A stretch of DNA of 64,000 bases from Chloroflexota bacterium (GTDB lineage: Bacteria; Chloroflexota; UBA11872; VXOZ01), in assembly GCA_012270555.1 (NCBI GenBank), contig JAAXIC010000048.1, forward strand, positions 52,686-116,685. The letters are read 5' to 3'. Shown here one piece after another: positions 38,525-48,216 of the stretch (its first letter is position 1; the number at the start of each line of letters is the position of its first letter). A program made the position numbers and the translations under genes. The notes below the pieces were generated by a model. It did not search any database and was not told the origin of the DNA. It saw only the letters and a program-made list of their open reading frames with translations.

Positions 38525-39154
38525 ACGAAATCGTTCGCTAAGGAAGTCCTTCATACTCTCCTACTCACCGCCATAATCTTCTTTGGCACCCGTCTTGCGG
38601 TACAAAACTACCGCGTTGAAGGGAGCAGCATGTATAGCACCTTGCATCACAGCGAGTTTGTCTTGGTAAACAAGCTGGCCTACGTGCGCTCGGAACCGCG
38701 GCACGGTGACATCATCGTCTTTAATTATCCTGATGAACCCTCACAGCAGTTTGTGAAGCGCATCATTGCCATTCCGGGCGATACAATCGAGATACGCCAA
38801 GGCACCGTCTACGTGAATGGAGAGAGAATTACCGAACCGTACGTCAGCAGAGGCGCGCAACTCGCGGGTTTTGTCAGCCGGGATGAGCTGGCAATGCGTA
38901 CCGTACCCGCCGATTCCTACTTCGTCATGGGAGATAATCGACGCGGCAGCCGGGATTCCCGTGAATGGGGATTCCTACCGCGCAAATTCATCGTGGGCAA
39001 GGTATGGGTAGCGTACTGGCCTCCGGAAGACTTCGGTGTTATACAGCACTTCGAGCTCGTCGTGCCGGATCCCGCCGGACGCAAAGAAGCGGCTGACTTC
39101 GACAGGGTCGCCGACCGCGACAGAGTCGCCGCCTATGATAAGGTCCCGGCTTAG
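38525..39154 (+). CDS. lepB: Signal peptidase I
   Basis: In-frame KSFAKEVLHTLLLTAIIFFGTRLAVQNYRVEGSSMYSTL (TM + catalytic Ser), GDIIVF, FVKRIIAIPGD (catalytic Lys) and GDNRRGSRDSR. The only plausible start is ACG 38525, 8 nt after GGAGG. Confidence 0.9.
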   Translation, partial: TKSFAKEVLHTLLLTAIIFFGTRLAVQNYRVEGSSMYSTLHHSEFVLVNKLAYVRSEPRHGDIIVFNYPDEPSQQFVKRIIAIPGDTIEIRQGTVYVNGERITEPYVSRGAQLAGFVSRDELAMRTVPADSYFVMGDNRRGSRDSREWGFLPRKFIVGKVWVAYWPPEDFGVIQHFELVVPDPAGRKEAADFDRVADRDRVAAYDKVPA

Positions 39155-39588
39155 TGCCTCCCGATCTCTTCGAATACTTGTTTGCGGCTCCCGGGCCGCC
39201 GGGGTCGTTCTACCGTGAGCTTGCTCCTCTGCTGACCATAGGCTTTGGGTCCGGTTTGGGGATCTCCTTTGTCTACTACCTGATCAGCGGCATGCTCTTC
39301 GGGAGCAGCCCACTGCGGCGCTTGGCCGTACGGGTAGTGCTGCTCACCAGCATGGTCGTCAACGGTCTCGGCCTATTTGCCGTTTTCTTGCGCCAGGCCG
39401 GCTGGGGCATCCTCTCGTATCGTTTCGTGCTCGTCCTCATCGCTATCGTGCAGGTGTATATCTTAGTCAGGACGTTCTGGTATCTCTTCCGCGTGTTGCC
39501 TCGCAAACTAACCGAATCCGCTGAAGAAAAGAGCAAGAATTCGTCTCGTGGGCGGCGCAAACGAGCCACGCGGCGTAAGAAGCGCTAG
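39154..39588 (+). CDS. Hypothetical membrane protein with a basic C-terminal tail
   Basis: Three hydrophobic segments and a tail RGRRKRATRRKKR. GTG start overlaps the lepB stop. Confidence 0.7.
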   Translation: MPPDLFEYLFAAPGPPGSFYRELAPLLTIGFGSGLGISFVYYLISGMLFGSSPLRRLAVRVVLLTSMVVNGLGLFAVFLRQAGWGILSYRFVLVLIAIVQVYILVRTFWYLFRVLPRKLTESAEEKSKNSSRGRRKRATRRKKR

Positions 39589-39639
39589 CGGTCATATAGG
39601 AAAGTCAGCGGAGTTCTGCAGGGGGTACTGCCTGATGAA

Positions 39640-40143
39640 TCACGGCTCGAAGGGTACCTCGACCATCGTTCTCTTGAGCCGATCAAAAGTCCGCTCCAGT
39701 TCCTCAGAAATCACGCGGATCCCGGAAAAGACCGTCATATAGTTCGTATCCCCGTCCCAGCGCGGCACGATGTGCACGTGGACGTGATCGAGGATGCCGG
39801 CGCCCGCGGCGGCGCCTAGATTTACGCCAATATTCACCGCATCCGGTTGAAACGTCCTGCGCAGAAGGCGCACCCCGTAACGGACAACGTGCATGACGTT
39901 TGTGCTCTCATCTGCGGTCAGGTCGTCCAGGTCGCCAACGTGCCGATAGGGCACCACGAGGAGATGTCCGTTATTATAGGGATAACGGTTGCAGATGATG
40001 AAGCAGGCCTCATTCCGATGCAGCACGAGATTGGCTCTATCGTCAGTGTCCTGGCTTGCTTCGCAGAACACGCACGTGTCGGTAGGCCGCTTCTCTCTTG
40101 CCAAGTATTCCATACGCCACGGTGACCAGAGTACGTCTCTCAT
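39640..40143 (-). CDS. HIT family protein (Ap4A phosphorylase/hydrolase-like)
   Basis: LWSPWRMEY, CVFC, NRYPYNNGHLLVVP, HVHVHIVPRWDGDTN. Confidence 0.92.
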   Translation of the reverse strand: MRDVLWSPWRMEYLAREKRPTDTCVFCEASQDTDDRANLVLHRNEACFIICNRYPYNNGHLLVVPYRHVGDLDDLTADESTNVMHVVRYGVRLLRRTFQPDAVNIGVNLGAAAGAGILDHVHVHIVPRWDGDTNYMTVFSGIRVISEELERTFDRLKRTMVEVPFEP

Positions 40144-40172
40144 CATCTCAACCGGATGACTTTGCTCATCTC

Positions 40173-40910
40173 TTGCCTGTGCTGCGTGCCCGCTGCGCCG
40201 CGCTAAACGTCCCACTTGATCTGACACAAGTACGGCGGCTGTACGCGTATCTGGAACTGCTCTTGCAGCAGCGCGGGCGAGTCAATCTTACCGGAATTCG
40301 CGATCCCGCACAGGCAGAACGGCTGCTGCTGTTGGAATCAATCGCTACCGTGTTGGCAGTGCCGAACCTGCGCAGCGCGTCCCGTGACGATGCAGGTCTC
40401 CGGCTTCTGGACGTCGGCACCGGCGGCGGCATTCCCGGCATTCCCCTCGCTATCGCTTTTCCTCACGTCGCGGTGACGCTGCTCGAAGCGACCCGAAAGA
40501 AAGTGGACTTCCTCCAGCACGTCGTGCAATCGCTTGCTCTAGAGAACGTGGCGGCGCTATGGGGCCGTGCTGAAGACCTGGCACACGTGCCTGAGCACCG
40601 TGAGCACTATGATGTGGTCACGGTACGCGGCGTAAGCGGTCTCACCACTGTGGCGGAGCTTGCGCTTCCCTTCTGCAAGCGTGGAGGGTTGCTTGCGGCG
40701 TACAAATCGCTGCCGTTGGATGGCGAACTGCAAGCGGCAGACCATGCAATCCACGCGCTTGGCGGCCGCAAGCCGCGGGTAATGCCCTTCAATCTGCCCG
40801 AGTTACCCGCGCAACACTGCCTGGTGACAGTAGAGAAGTCCGCGGTCACGCCCAAGCAGTATCCCCGCCGCGCCGGTCTACCCGCACGGCGTCCCCTTGC
40901 GCAGCGCTAG
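40173..40910 (+). CDS. rsmG: 16S rRNA (guanine(527)-N7)-methyltransferase
   Basis: NLTGI, LLDVGTGGGIPGIPLAI, RAEDL, YDVVTVRG and TPKQYPRRAGLP. Start uncertain; TTG 40173 avoids overlap with the HIT gene. Confidence 0.9.
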   Translation: MPVLRARCAALNVPLDLTQVRRLYAYLELLLQQRGRVNLTGIRDPAQAERLLLLESIATVLAVPNLRSASRDDAGLRLLDVGTGGGIPGIPLAIAFPHVAVTLLEATRKKVDFLQHVVQSLALENVAALWGRAEDLAHVPEHREHYDVVTVRGVSGLTTVAELALPFCKRGGLLAAYKSLPLDGELQAADHAIHALGGRKPRVMPFNLPELPAQHCLVTVEKSAVTPKQYPRRAGLPARRPLAQR

Positions 40911-40957
40911 CTTACCCCAGTCACCGTAAATGGACACCTGAGCGAGCAGTAGTGCTT

Positions 40958-41053
40958 AGAGCCTGTTTGCAATCTTCTTGTCTGGGCGTGTAGCGTTCGC
41001 CCTGAGCTTGTCGAAGGGTGAATGGGACCGTGAAAAGTTGGCGAATCGCCGTT
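40958..41053. mobile_element. Truncated copy of the MITE-like element
   Basis: AGAGCCTGTTTGCAATC...CGTTCGCCCTGAGCTTGTCGAAGGGTGAATGGGACCGTGAAAAGTTGGCGAATCGCCGTT aligns with 38214-38309. Confidence 0.6.
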
Positions 41054-41057
41054 GCAC

Positions 41058-41807
41058 TCAGAGGAGCCTCGCCGCCTCGCTATCAACCAGCACCGTACCG
41101 TTCCGATGAAGTTGGAGAAATGAGGCCGGAACGCGCGGCGTGACGGCGCTGGCTACTGTCCGGCTCAACGCCTGCGCTTTACTCTCACCGCTTGCCAGCA
41201 GCAGAATGCGTTTGGCCTGCAAGATTGTGCCCATTCCCATCGTTATAGCGCGATCAGGGAAGTCATCGAGAGAAGGAAATGGGTTAGCGACGGCGCCTCT
41301 CCAGTACGCGTACGCCAGGCGGCGCGTTTCCGCGCTGAGGCAGGCTACGTGGACCTCGGCCCGCAACTCAGCGCCCGGCTCGTTGAAGCCTATGTGCCCG
41401 TTCTGACCGATCCCTAACACCGCGAGGTCTACGTGGCCCGCCTTCGCGATTGCTTCTTCATATGCGCGGCATTCAGTTTCAGGCTCCGGCGCGGCGCCGT
41501 TCGGTATGTGCGTGCGCTGCGGCGCAAGATTCACGTGAGCAAGCAGGTGTTCCCGCATGTACGTATGGTAACTGGCGGGATGCTCCGGCGCCAGGCCCAA
41601 GTATTCATCGAGATTGAAGGTGTGCACGCGGGAGAAGTCTGCCTGCCCGCGCTCATATGCCGCCACGAGTTGTCGATACATCCCAACGGGAGTCGCGCCC
41701 GTCGGAAGCCCTAGTACAAGCTCCGGTTCTTTTTGAATTGCCTCGCAAACAACCTCCGCCGCACGCAGGCTCATCTCCGCGTACGACGGCGCCACAACGA
41801 TTTCCAT
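41058..41807 (-). CDS. nagB: Glucosamine-6-phosphate deaminase
   Basis: LGLPTGATP, TFNLDEY, GIGQNGHIGFNEP and AITMGMGTI. Confidence 0.95.
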   Translation of the reverse strand: MEIVVAPSYAEMSLRAAEVVCEAIQKEPELVLGLPTGATPVGMYRQLVAAYERGQADFSRVHTFNLDEYLGLAPEHPASYHTYMREHLLAHVNLAPQRTHIPNGAAPEPETECRAYEEAIAKAGHVDLAVLGIGQNGHIGFNEPGAELRAEVHVACLSAETRRLAYAYWRGAVANPFPSLDDFPDRAITMGMGTILQAKRILLLASGESKAQALSRTVASAVTPRVPASFLQLHRNGTVLVDSEAARLL

Positions 41808-41978
41808 GTGCCTCCCTCTCTTGTCCGCGCCCATTATACACAGAAGACGCGCGGCGACGAGGAATCGCCACCTGCTTCAAACAGCCTGTCCGCAAGACGC
41901 ACCCGTAGTTCCTGCTGTATACTTGCCTCCAAGTCAAAGCCCACGAGATAGCGCCCCAGGAACGCAAAGGGGAGTAGC

Positions 41979-43172
41979 ATGGATTTTCGCCCAGACGATC
42001 TTTTCACTCACGTTGACGCGGACGAAATTGTGGCCCTTGCCGGCGGCTTGGCCCAAATCCCCAGCGAGATACCCAACGAAGGCCCAATTGCCAACTATCT
42101 CGCAGACGAGATGCGCAGGACCGGCGCGTTCGATGAGGTACACCTGCAAGACGTCGTGCCAGGACGACCCAATGTCATTGGAGTTGTACGCGGCAGCGGC
42201 GGCGGGCCCAATCTACTGCTCAACGGTCACCTCGACACCGGCGCGCCTGCCGGTGAGTGGTCGCGCGGTCCGTACGATGTCTACGAAGAGTATGGCTTCC
42301 TCTATGGCTTCGGCCTAACGGACATGAAGGGCGCGGTGGCGTGTTTGGTGAAGGCGGCCGAAGCGGTAGCCCGCGCCGATGTACGCCCCAAGGGCGACCT
42401 CGTCGTCACGGCTGTCGTGCATCATGACGTGTGCGGGCTCGGCACAAAGTTCTTCTTGGAGTCCAATGATCGCCCGTTCGCCATGTGCATCAATGGCGAA
42501 CCCACCGGCTTGCGCCTCCAACTCGCTCACGGCGGGGCGTGGCAATTCGAACTGGCGACCCACGGGGTTGCCGAGCACATTAGCCGCCGCGACGAGGGCG
42601 TGGATGCGACCGCCAAGATGGTAAAGCTGCTCGCCGCCTTGGACGAACGCGCACTGACGTTCGATCCCGACCAAGCCCTCGAAGGTCTGCCGCGGCTGGT
42701 CGTCGGGCAGATAAACGGCGGCACCGCCGCATCACGGACGGCCAACCGTTGCACAGCAAGGGGCGACGTGCGCATCGTGCCCGGCATGACCGCCGAGACC
42801 CTCTCCGCTGACTTCAGGCGGGTGATTGCGGACATCGCGGCCACCGACCCGGAGTTCCGCGCCGACCTCCGCACGCTGGTCTACCAGCGCCCCTTCCAGA
42901 TTGACGCTGATTCCCCGGTCGTTGCGCTGACGGCGCAAGCGCACCGCGACGTGACGGGAGAAGAGCCTGAGACCTCAACCGGACTGCCGGTTTGCAGTTA
43001 CGTTACCGACTCCTCCGACATCGTGCGGCACGGTATTCCGACAATCGTCTACGGGCCGAGCAACTGGCGCATGGTGCCGGACGAACGCATCAGCATTGCG
43101 GAGATGGTGACCGCGACAAAGGTCTACGCCCTGGCGGCCGCCCGCGTGGTCACGGGCCAGAACAGCACTTAA
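41979..43172 (+). CDS. M20/M25/M40 family metallo-hydrolase (ArgE/DapE-like)
   Basis: LLLNGHLDT, DMKG and GEPT. The usual EE general-base motif appears as VHHD. Confidence 0.85.
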   Translation: MDFRPDDLFTHVDADEIVALAGGLAQIPSEIPNEGPIANYLADEMRRTGAFDEVHLQDVVPGRPNVIGVVRGSGGGPNLLLNGHLDTGAPAGEWSRGPYDVYEEYGFLYGFGLTDMKGAVACLVKAAEAVARADVRPKGDLVVTAVVHHDVCGLGTKFFLESNDRPFAMCINGEPTGLRLQLAHGGAWQFELATHGVAEHISRRDEGVDATAKMVKLLAALDERALTFDPDQALEGLPRLVVGQINGGTAASRTANRCTARGDVRIVPGMTAETLSADFRRVIADIAATDPEFRADLRTLVYQRPFQIDADSPVVALTAQAHRDVTGEEPETSTGLPVCSYVTDSSDIVRHGIPTIVYGPSNWRMVPDERISIAEMVTATKVYALAAARVVTGQNST

Positions 43173-43238
43173 GGGCGTCGCACGTGGCAAAGATGCGTTT
43201 GCCGTTAGCGTTCGCTTCAACACCACCCACGAATCTGT

Positions 43239-43266
43239 GTAGGGGCGCTTCGCGAAGCGCCCCTAC
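43239..43266. repeat. GTAG-type REP, perfect 28-bp palindrome
   Basis: GTAGGGGCGCTTCGCGAAGCGCCCCTAC, between convergent genes. Confidence 0.85.
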
Positions 43267-43296
43267 TCCTTTCGAAATGTGGTGCTACGGTCCGTG

Positions 43297-44226
43297 TTAG
43301 GCATCGCTGCCATTGGTGCGCGATGGGTTTGGAGCCGTATCGACGATGCCGCCCAGGCCTCCTGCCAACTTCGCTAGTTCGACTGGGAATATCCACTTGG
43401 TTGACGGACTCTCCGCCATGTTCTGGAGCGTTTGCAGGTACTGGATGAGCATCGTGTTGGAATCCACCGTCTGCGCAATCTGAAAAACGTGGCTGATGGC
43501 GGTGGCATAGCCCTCTGCGCGGAGCGATTGCGCCTCTCTTTCCGCCTCAGCCCTTAAAATTGTGGCCTGACGGTCACCTTCCGCCTTGAGAATTTCAGAT
43601 TGCTTATCACCCTCCGCCACCAAGATCGCCGACTGCTTCTGGCCGCCGGCCTCGGTGACCATGGCGCGCCGGTTGCGCTCGGCGGACATTTGCCGGTTCA
43701 TCGCATCCTGCACTTCGCGCGGCGGCAGAATCTCACGGATTTCAACAGTGGTTACCTTCACGCCCCAGCGGGCGGTCACTTCGTCGAGCTTCGCGCGCAA
43801 GATATTGTTTATCTGCTCGCGCTTGGCAAGCACGTCGTCCAGGGAGATGTCACCAATGACCGCACGTAGAGTAGTGGTTGCAATGCCCTGTGAGGCGCCG
43901 GCGAAGTTCGCCACCTGCACCACGCTGTCGTGAGGATTGGTGACCTTCCAGTAGATGAGAAAGTCGATGAGGATTGGCGCATTATCCGAGGTGATGCAGC
44001 TCTGTTGCGGGATTTCCAGGAACTGCTCGCGCAAGTCTACCCGTACCGGTCGGTCGATGATCGGCCAGAGCCAGACGATACCCGGCCCTCTTGGCTGTGC
44101 CATTACGCGTCCCAGTCGAAAGACCACCAGTCGCTCGTACTCCGCCACAATCTTGATGGCAGAATACGCCAGCCAGAGAAAGAGAACTACCAGGACTACT
44201 ACAATTGCAATGAGTTGACCGTTCAT
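43297..44226 (-). CDS. SPFH/stomatin-like (band 7) protein
   Basis: ERLVVFRLG, VDLRE, ITSDN, LRAVIG, WGVKVTTVEI and AERNRRA. Confidence 0.93.
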   Translation of the reverse strand: MNGQLIAIVVVLVVLFLWLAYSAIKIVAEYERLVVFRLGRVMAQPRGPGIVWLWPIIDRPVRVDLREQFLEIPQQSCITSDNAPILIDFLIYWKVTNPHDSVVQVANFAGASQGIATTTLRAVIGDISLDDVLAKREQINNILRAKLDEVTARWGVKVTTVEIREILPPREVQDAMNRQMSAERNRRAMVTEAGGQKQSAILVAEGDKQSEILKAEGDRQATILRAEAEREAQSLRAEGYATAISHVFQIAQTVDSNTMLIQYLQTLQNMAESPSTKWIFPVELAKLAGGLGGIVDTAPNPSRTNGSDA

Positions 44227-44301
44227 GGCGCGTAACCCTCTCTTTCGTGTACGTTACACTTTGCTTCAGCCGTATCTACCGGCGCTTGCGTCTTCTCACT
44301 C

Positions 44302-45654
44302 TCAGTCCGGCCCGGCCTCGCTCAACTTCGTCAGCGCCGGGATTTCCGGCGCCGGACCGACCACAAGAGCGAGCCCGTCAACGTCATAGACCCAAATATG
44401 TTCCCCTTCCGCTACCGTCTCTCCTACTGTGCGCGCCGACCACTCCTCACCGGCTACGCGCACCACGCCCTCTGGGTCTAACGCAGTGAGCGCCACACCT
44501 TCCTGCCCCACAATGCGCTTCTGCCCCCGGAACTGTTGGGGCTCCTTCTGCGACTGCGCGGCAATTCGCAAGAGAAAGACAAGGAATGCGACAGTGAGCG
44601 CAACCATGAAGCCGAGCACCCAGGGCGACACAAAGAACGGGCCGCCAAAGGGAGCCGTGAGTGGCTGGTAGAGCAACAATGTGCCCAGGACAAGCGCCAC
44701 CACACCGCCAAAGCCAAGAATGCCGAGACCCGGATTCTGGGCCTCGAACGCAATCAACGCCGCGGCAATGACCAGCAGCGCCACCCCTCCCCAATTGATG
44801 GGCAGCGTCCCAAATGCCACCAGTGCCAACACAATCGCAATGGCGCCCACGACCGCCGGCAGCACGGCGCCCGGGTTATAGAGCTCCGCGATTACGGCAT
44901 AGAGGCCGATCAAGAAGAGCAAATAGGCAGTATTGGGGTTGATGATGAACTTGAGCGCCTGTTCGGCAAAGTTGTATTCCATCTCCCGCAACGGCGCGCC
45001 GGCAACGACGAGCGTGCGCGTCCACGTGGGTGTTTGCACCTGGCGGCCGTCGAGCTTTGCGATGAGATCGGGTATGTCCCGCGCCATCAGGTCGACGACA
45101 TCCGCCTTCACCGCTTCCTCCGCAGTCATCGTTTGGCTGGAGCGGACGGCCTGTTCCGCCCACTCGGCGTTCCGCCGCCGCAGCTCTGCCAAACTGCGAA
45201 TGTAGGCCACCGCTTCGTTGGTTACTTTCGCGTCCATGTCACCCAGAATCTGCCCGCCGCCCACGGAGACCGGGTGCGCCGCGCCGATGTCGGTGCCCGG
45301 CGCCATCACCGCCACGTGCGCCGCCATCGCCAGGAAGACACCCGCGCTGGCCGCGCGTCCTCCCTGTGGGTAAACAAAGACAACCACAGGCACGGGCGAC
45401 GCCAACATGCCTTGCACCATGGCCCTCATAGAGGAGTCGAGGCCGCCGGGGGTATCGAGAAGGACGATGAGCGCTTCCGCCTGGTCCGCGCTGGCACGGT
45501 CGAGCGCACGGGCAAAAAGCCGCTCGGAGGCGGGGTCAATGGCGCCGGTGATCCTCACGGTATCTACCGTGCCTAAGCGCTCTTGCGCAAGCGCTCCCTC
45601 AAGCGAAAGAAGAGCGGCAACCAGGACGATTGCACTCAATAGCGTTCTTCGCAT
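44302..45654 (-). CDS. nfeD: NfeD-like membrane-bound serine protease (long form)
   Basis: LDTPGG, RAASAG, GTDIGAAHPV, TM region and C-terminal OB fold (GVVRVAGEEWSA). Classic partner of SPFH genes. Confidence 0.92.
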   Translation of the reverse strand: MRRTLLSAIVLVAALLSLEGALAQERLGTVDTVRITGAIDPASERLFARALDRASADQAEALIVLLDTPGGLDSSMRAMVQGMLASPVPVVVFVYPQGGRAASAGVFLAMAAHVAVMAPGTDIGAAHPVSVGGGQILGDMDAKVTNEAVAYIRSLAELRRRNAEWAEQAVRSSQTMTAEEAVKADVVDLMARDIPDLIAKLDGRQVQTPTWTRTLVVAGAPLREMEYNFAEQALKFIINPNTAYLLFLIGLYAVIAELYNPGAVLPAVVGAIAIVLALVAFGTLPINWGGVALLVIAAALIAFEAQNPGLGILGFGGVVALVLGTLLLYQPLTAPFGGPFFVSPWVLGFMVALTVAFLVFLLRIAAQSQKEPQQFRGQKRIVGQEGVALTALDPEGVVRVAGEEWSARTVGETVAEGEHIWVYDVDGLALVVGPAPEIPALTKLSEAGPD

Positions 45655-45896
45655 CGACTTTCCTTCCATGTCTCCCTTTTCATTATACTCCTGTTTGAAA
45701 ACCTGCAATCGCATACTGTGCTTCATATCCAAGGAGTGTGAGTTCTCCGTTTGAGCTTGCTGCGAGTCTATCTATCTGTCACGATGGGAGTGAATCCAAT
45801 CTTTTAGCCCAACGTCCGCAGGCGAGAGGCCTATTTTCGCACGAGATAGACTTCTGCCTGGCGCATCCTCAACAGTATTTTCAAGAAAGATCCAAT

Positions 45897-47930
45897 ATGA
45901 CCAACCGTCTGACAGCAGAGACAAGCCCATACCTCCTGCAGCACGCCGAAAACCCCGTGTACTGGTATCCCTGGGGTGAGGATGCGCTCGCGGCCGCAAG
46001 GGAGTCGGAGCGGCCGATCTTGCTTTCCATCGGCTACTCGTCGTGCCACTGGTGCCACGTGATGGCACACGAGTCGTTCGAGGACGCAGAGACTGCCGCA
46101 TATATGAACGAGCATTTCGTTAATATCAAAGTAGACCGTGAAGAGCGTCCCGACCTCGACGACATCTACATGAAGGCGGTGCAGGGACTTACCGGCCAAG
46201 GCGGCTGGCCGCTCACCGTTTTCCTCACGCCGGCAGGCAAACCCTTCTTTGGCGGCACCTACTTTCCGCCCGTGTCCCGCATGAACATGCCGTCCTTTCG
46301 GCAAGTGATGGAGGCTGTCATAGATGCTTGGCAACAGCGCCGCCAGCAGGTAGAGGAGCAGTCGGAGAAGCTGCGCGACTTCATCGCCGAACACACCGCT
46401 TTTGATCCTTCACCCACCACGCTCACGCTCACGACACTCAGAGAAGCGGGGGAAACCATTCAGGCCAACTACGATCCGATTCACGGCGGGTTTGGCGCGG
46501 CGCCAAAGTTTCCCCAGGCAATGTCACTGGAGTTCCTCCTGCGTCGCTACCACCGCACGCAAGACCTCAGCCTGCTCAATGCCATTACCAAAACCCTGGA
46601 CAGCATGGCGTACGGCGGCATCTACGATCAGATTGGCGGTGGCTTTCATCGCTATTCGGTGGACACGCGCTGGCTGGTGCCCCACTTCGAGAAGATGCTC
46701 TACGATAATGCGCTGCTGAGCCGCCTCTACTTGGATGCATACATGCGCACGCAGAATCCGCTCTACGAACGCATCGCTTGCGAGACCCTGGACTACGTCC
46801 GACGGGAAATGACCGACCCGGCAGGCGGTTTCTACTCGGCGCAGGATGCCGACAGCGAGGGCGAAGAAGGCAAGTACTACGTCTGGACACCCGACGAGAT
46901 AGAAGCAGTGCTAGGCGCTGACGATGCCCAACTCTTTTGCAGCTACTACGGCGTTACGCCTGAAGGCAATTTCGAGGGCAAGAACATCCTCTTTCTCGGA
47001 AGCGGCGCGGAGGCCGGTCTCAGCGAGGCAGAGATTGCTCGTGTGCGTACTGTCCTGAACCCGCAACTGCTGGAGGCACGAGCGTCACGCGTGAAGCCGG
47101 AGACCGACACGAAGGTCATTTCCGGTTGGAACGGCCTGATGCTCCAGTCTTTCGCCCAAGCCGCCCGGCAATTGGGCCGTCCTGAAGACCTTGAGACCGC
47201 TCTCGCCAATGGCGAGTTCTTGCTGGATACGATGGTGCAGGGCAACCGGCTGGCTCACACATATACGCCCGGCAAGGCGGCGGGGCTTGGCTTCTTGGAG
47301 GACTATGGCAGTGTGACCGTTGGCTTGCTTGCGCTCTATGAAGCCACATTCGATGCCAGGTGGTTCAGTGCGGCGCGCGGTCTTTGCGACACCATCTTGC
47401 GGGAATTCTACGACGGGAACGGGGCATTCTTCGACACCTCCACGCAGCACGAGGAACTCATCGTCAGGCCGCGCAACCTCTTCGACAACGCGGTGCCATC
47501 CGGCACGTCACTTGCCTGCGATGCCCTGCTCCGTCTCTACGCCTACACGGGCGATAGCACGTACCTAGATCCGGTGGAGGCGGCACTCCGCCTGCAGGCA
47601 GAGGCCTTGACCAAAGCGCCGAGCGCCTTTGGGAGAATGCTTTGCGTGGCAGACAGCCTACTCGCCCCGATCAAGGAAGTCGCCATCATCGGCGATCCGA
47701 CAGCGCAGGATACCCAGGCGCTCCTCGAAAGCATCAACGATCAATATGCGCCAGACATTGTGCTTGCCCTGCGACATCCAGACGACAGGACAGCGGCGGA
47801 TGACGTTCCCCTGCTCACCGAGCGGCAGCAGATAGACGGCCAAGCGACGGCCTATGTTTGCCGCCAGTTTGTCTGCAAGCAACCCACGACGGATCCGGCG
47901 GAATTACGTTCCCAGGTGGCAGCGCCGTAG
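45897..47930 (+). CDS. Thioredoxin-domain protein (YyaL/DUF255/SPATA20 family)
   Basis: [49 protein letters not shown] and [10 protein letters not shown]. Confidence 0.95.
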   Translation: MTNRLTAETSPYLLQHAENPVYWYPWGEDALAAARESERPILLSIGYSSCHWCHVMAHESFEDAETAAYMNEHFVNIKVDREERPDLDDIYMKAVQGLTGQGGWPLTVFLTPAGKPFFGGTYFPPVSRMNMPSFRQVMEAVIDAWQQRRQQVEEQSEKLRDFIAEHTAFDPSPTTLTLTTLREAGETIQANYDPIHGGFGAAPKFPQAMSLEFLLRRYHRTQDLSLLNAITKTLDSMAYGGIYDQIGGGFHRYSVDTRWLVPHFEKMLYDNALLSRLYLDAYMRTQNPLYERIACETLDYVRREMTDPAGGFYSAQDADSEGEEGKYYVWTPDEIEAVLGADDAQLFCSYYGVTPEGNFEGKNILFLGSGAEAGLSEAEIARVRTVLNPQLLEARASRVKPETDTKVISGWNGLMLQSFAQAARQLGRPEDLETALANGEFLLDTMVQGNRLAHTYTPGKAAGLGFLEDYGSVTVGLLALYEATFDARWFSAARGLCDTILREFYDGNGAFFDTSTQHEELIVRPRNLFDNAVPSGTSLACDALLRLYAYTGDSTYLDPVEAALRLQAEALTKAPSAFGRMLCVADSLLAPIKEVAIIGDPTAQDTQALLESINDQYAPDIVLALRHPDDRTAADDVPLLTERQQIDGQATAYVCRQFVCKQPTTDPAELRSQVAAP

Positions 47931-47971
47931 CGCTTGGGTCACGTCCGATGCCGAATTTCCGCAGAAACACC

Positions 47972-48127
47972 GTGAGGGCACGACATGTCGTGCCCTCACC
48001 CTATAGGCAGCCGCCGCCCGAATCCGTCATTCCCGCTTTCGCGGGAATCCATCTTTGTTATTAGAACTTGCCTCACAAATACATTGCTCTGTGCATATCC
48101 GCCCTTCGACAGGCTCAGGGCGAACGG
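47972..48127. repeat. Cluster of three palindromic repeats
   Basis: Perfect palindrome GTGAGGGCACGACATGTCGTGCCCTCAC (47972-47999), family C (48026-48050) and family B (48099-48127). Confidence 0.8.
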
Positions 48128-48216
48128 AAAACAGTGGCAAGCATTTCCATGGCAGGTTCGAAGAGTTTCGACCAACTGCACCATGAACGAGCCTGCGGCG
48201 TGCAGATTAACCCAAC

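Noticed and set aside
44536-45576. 346-aa plus-strand ORF
   Set aside because: Antisense shadow of nfeD.
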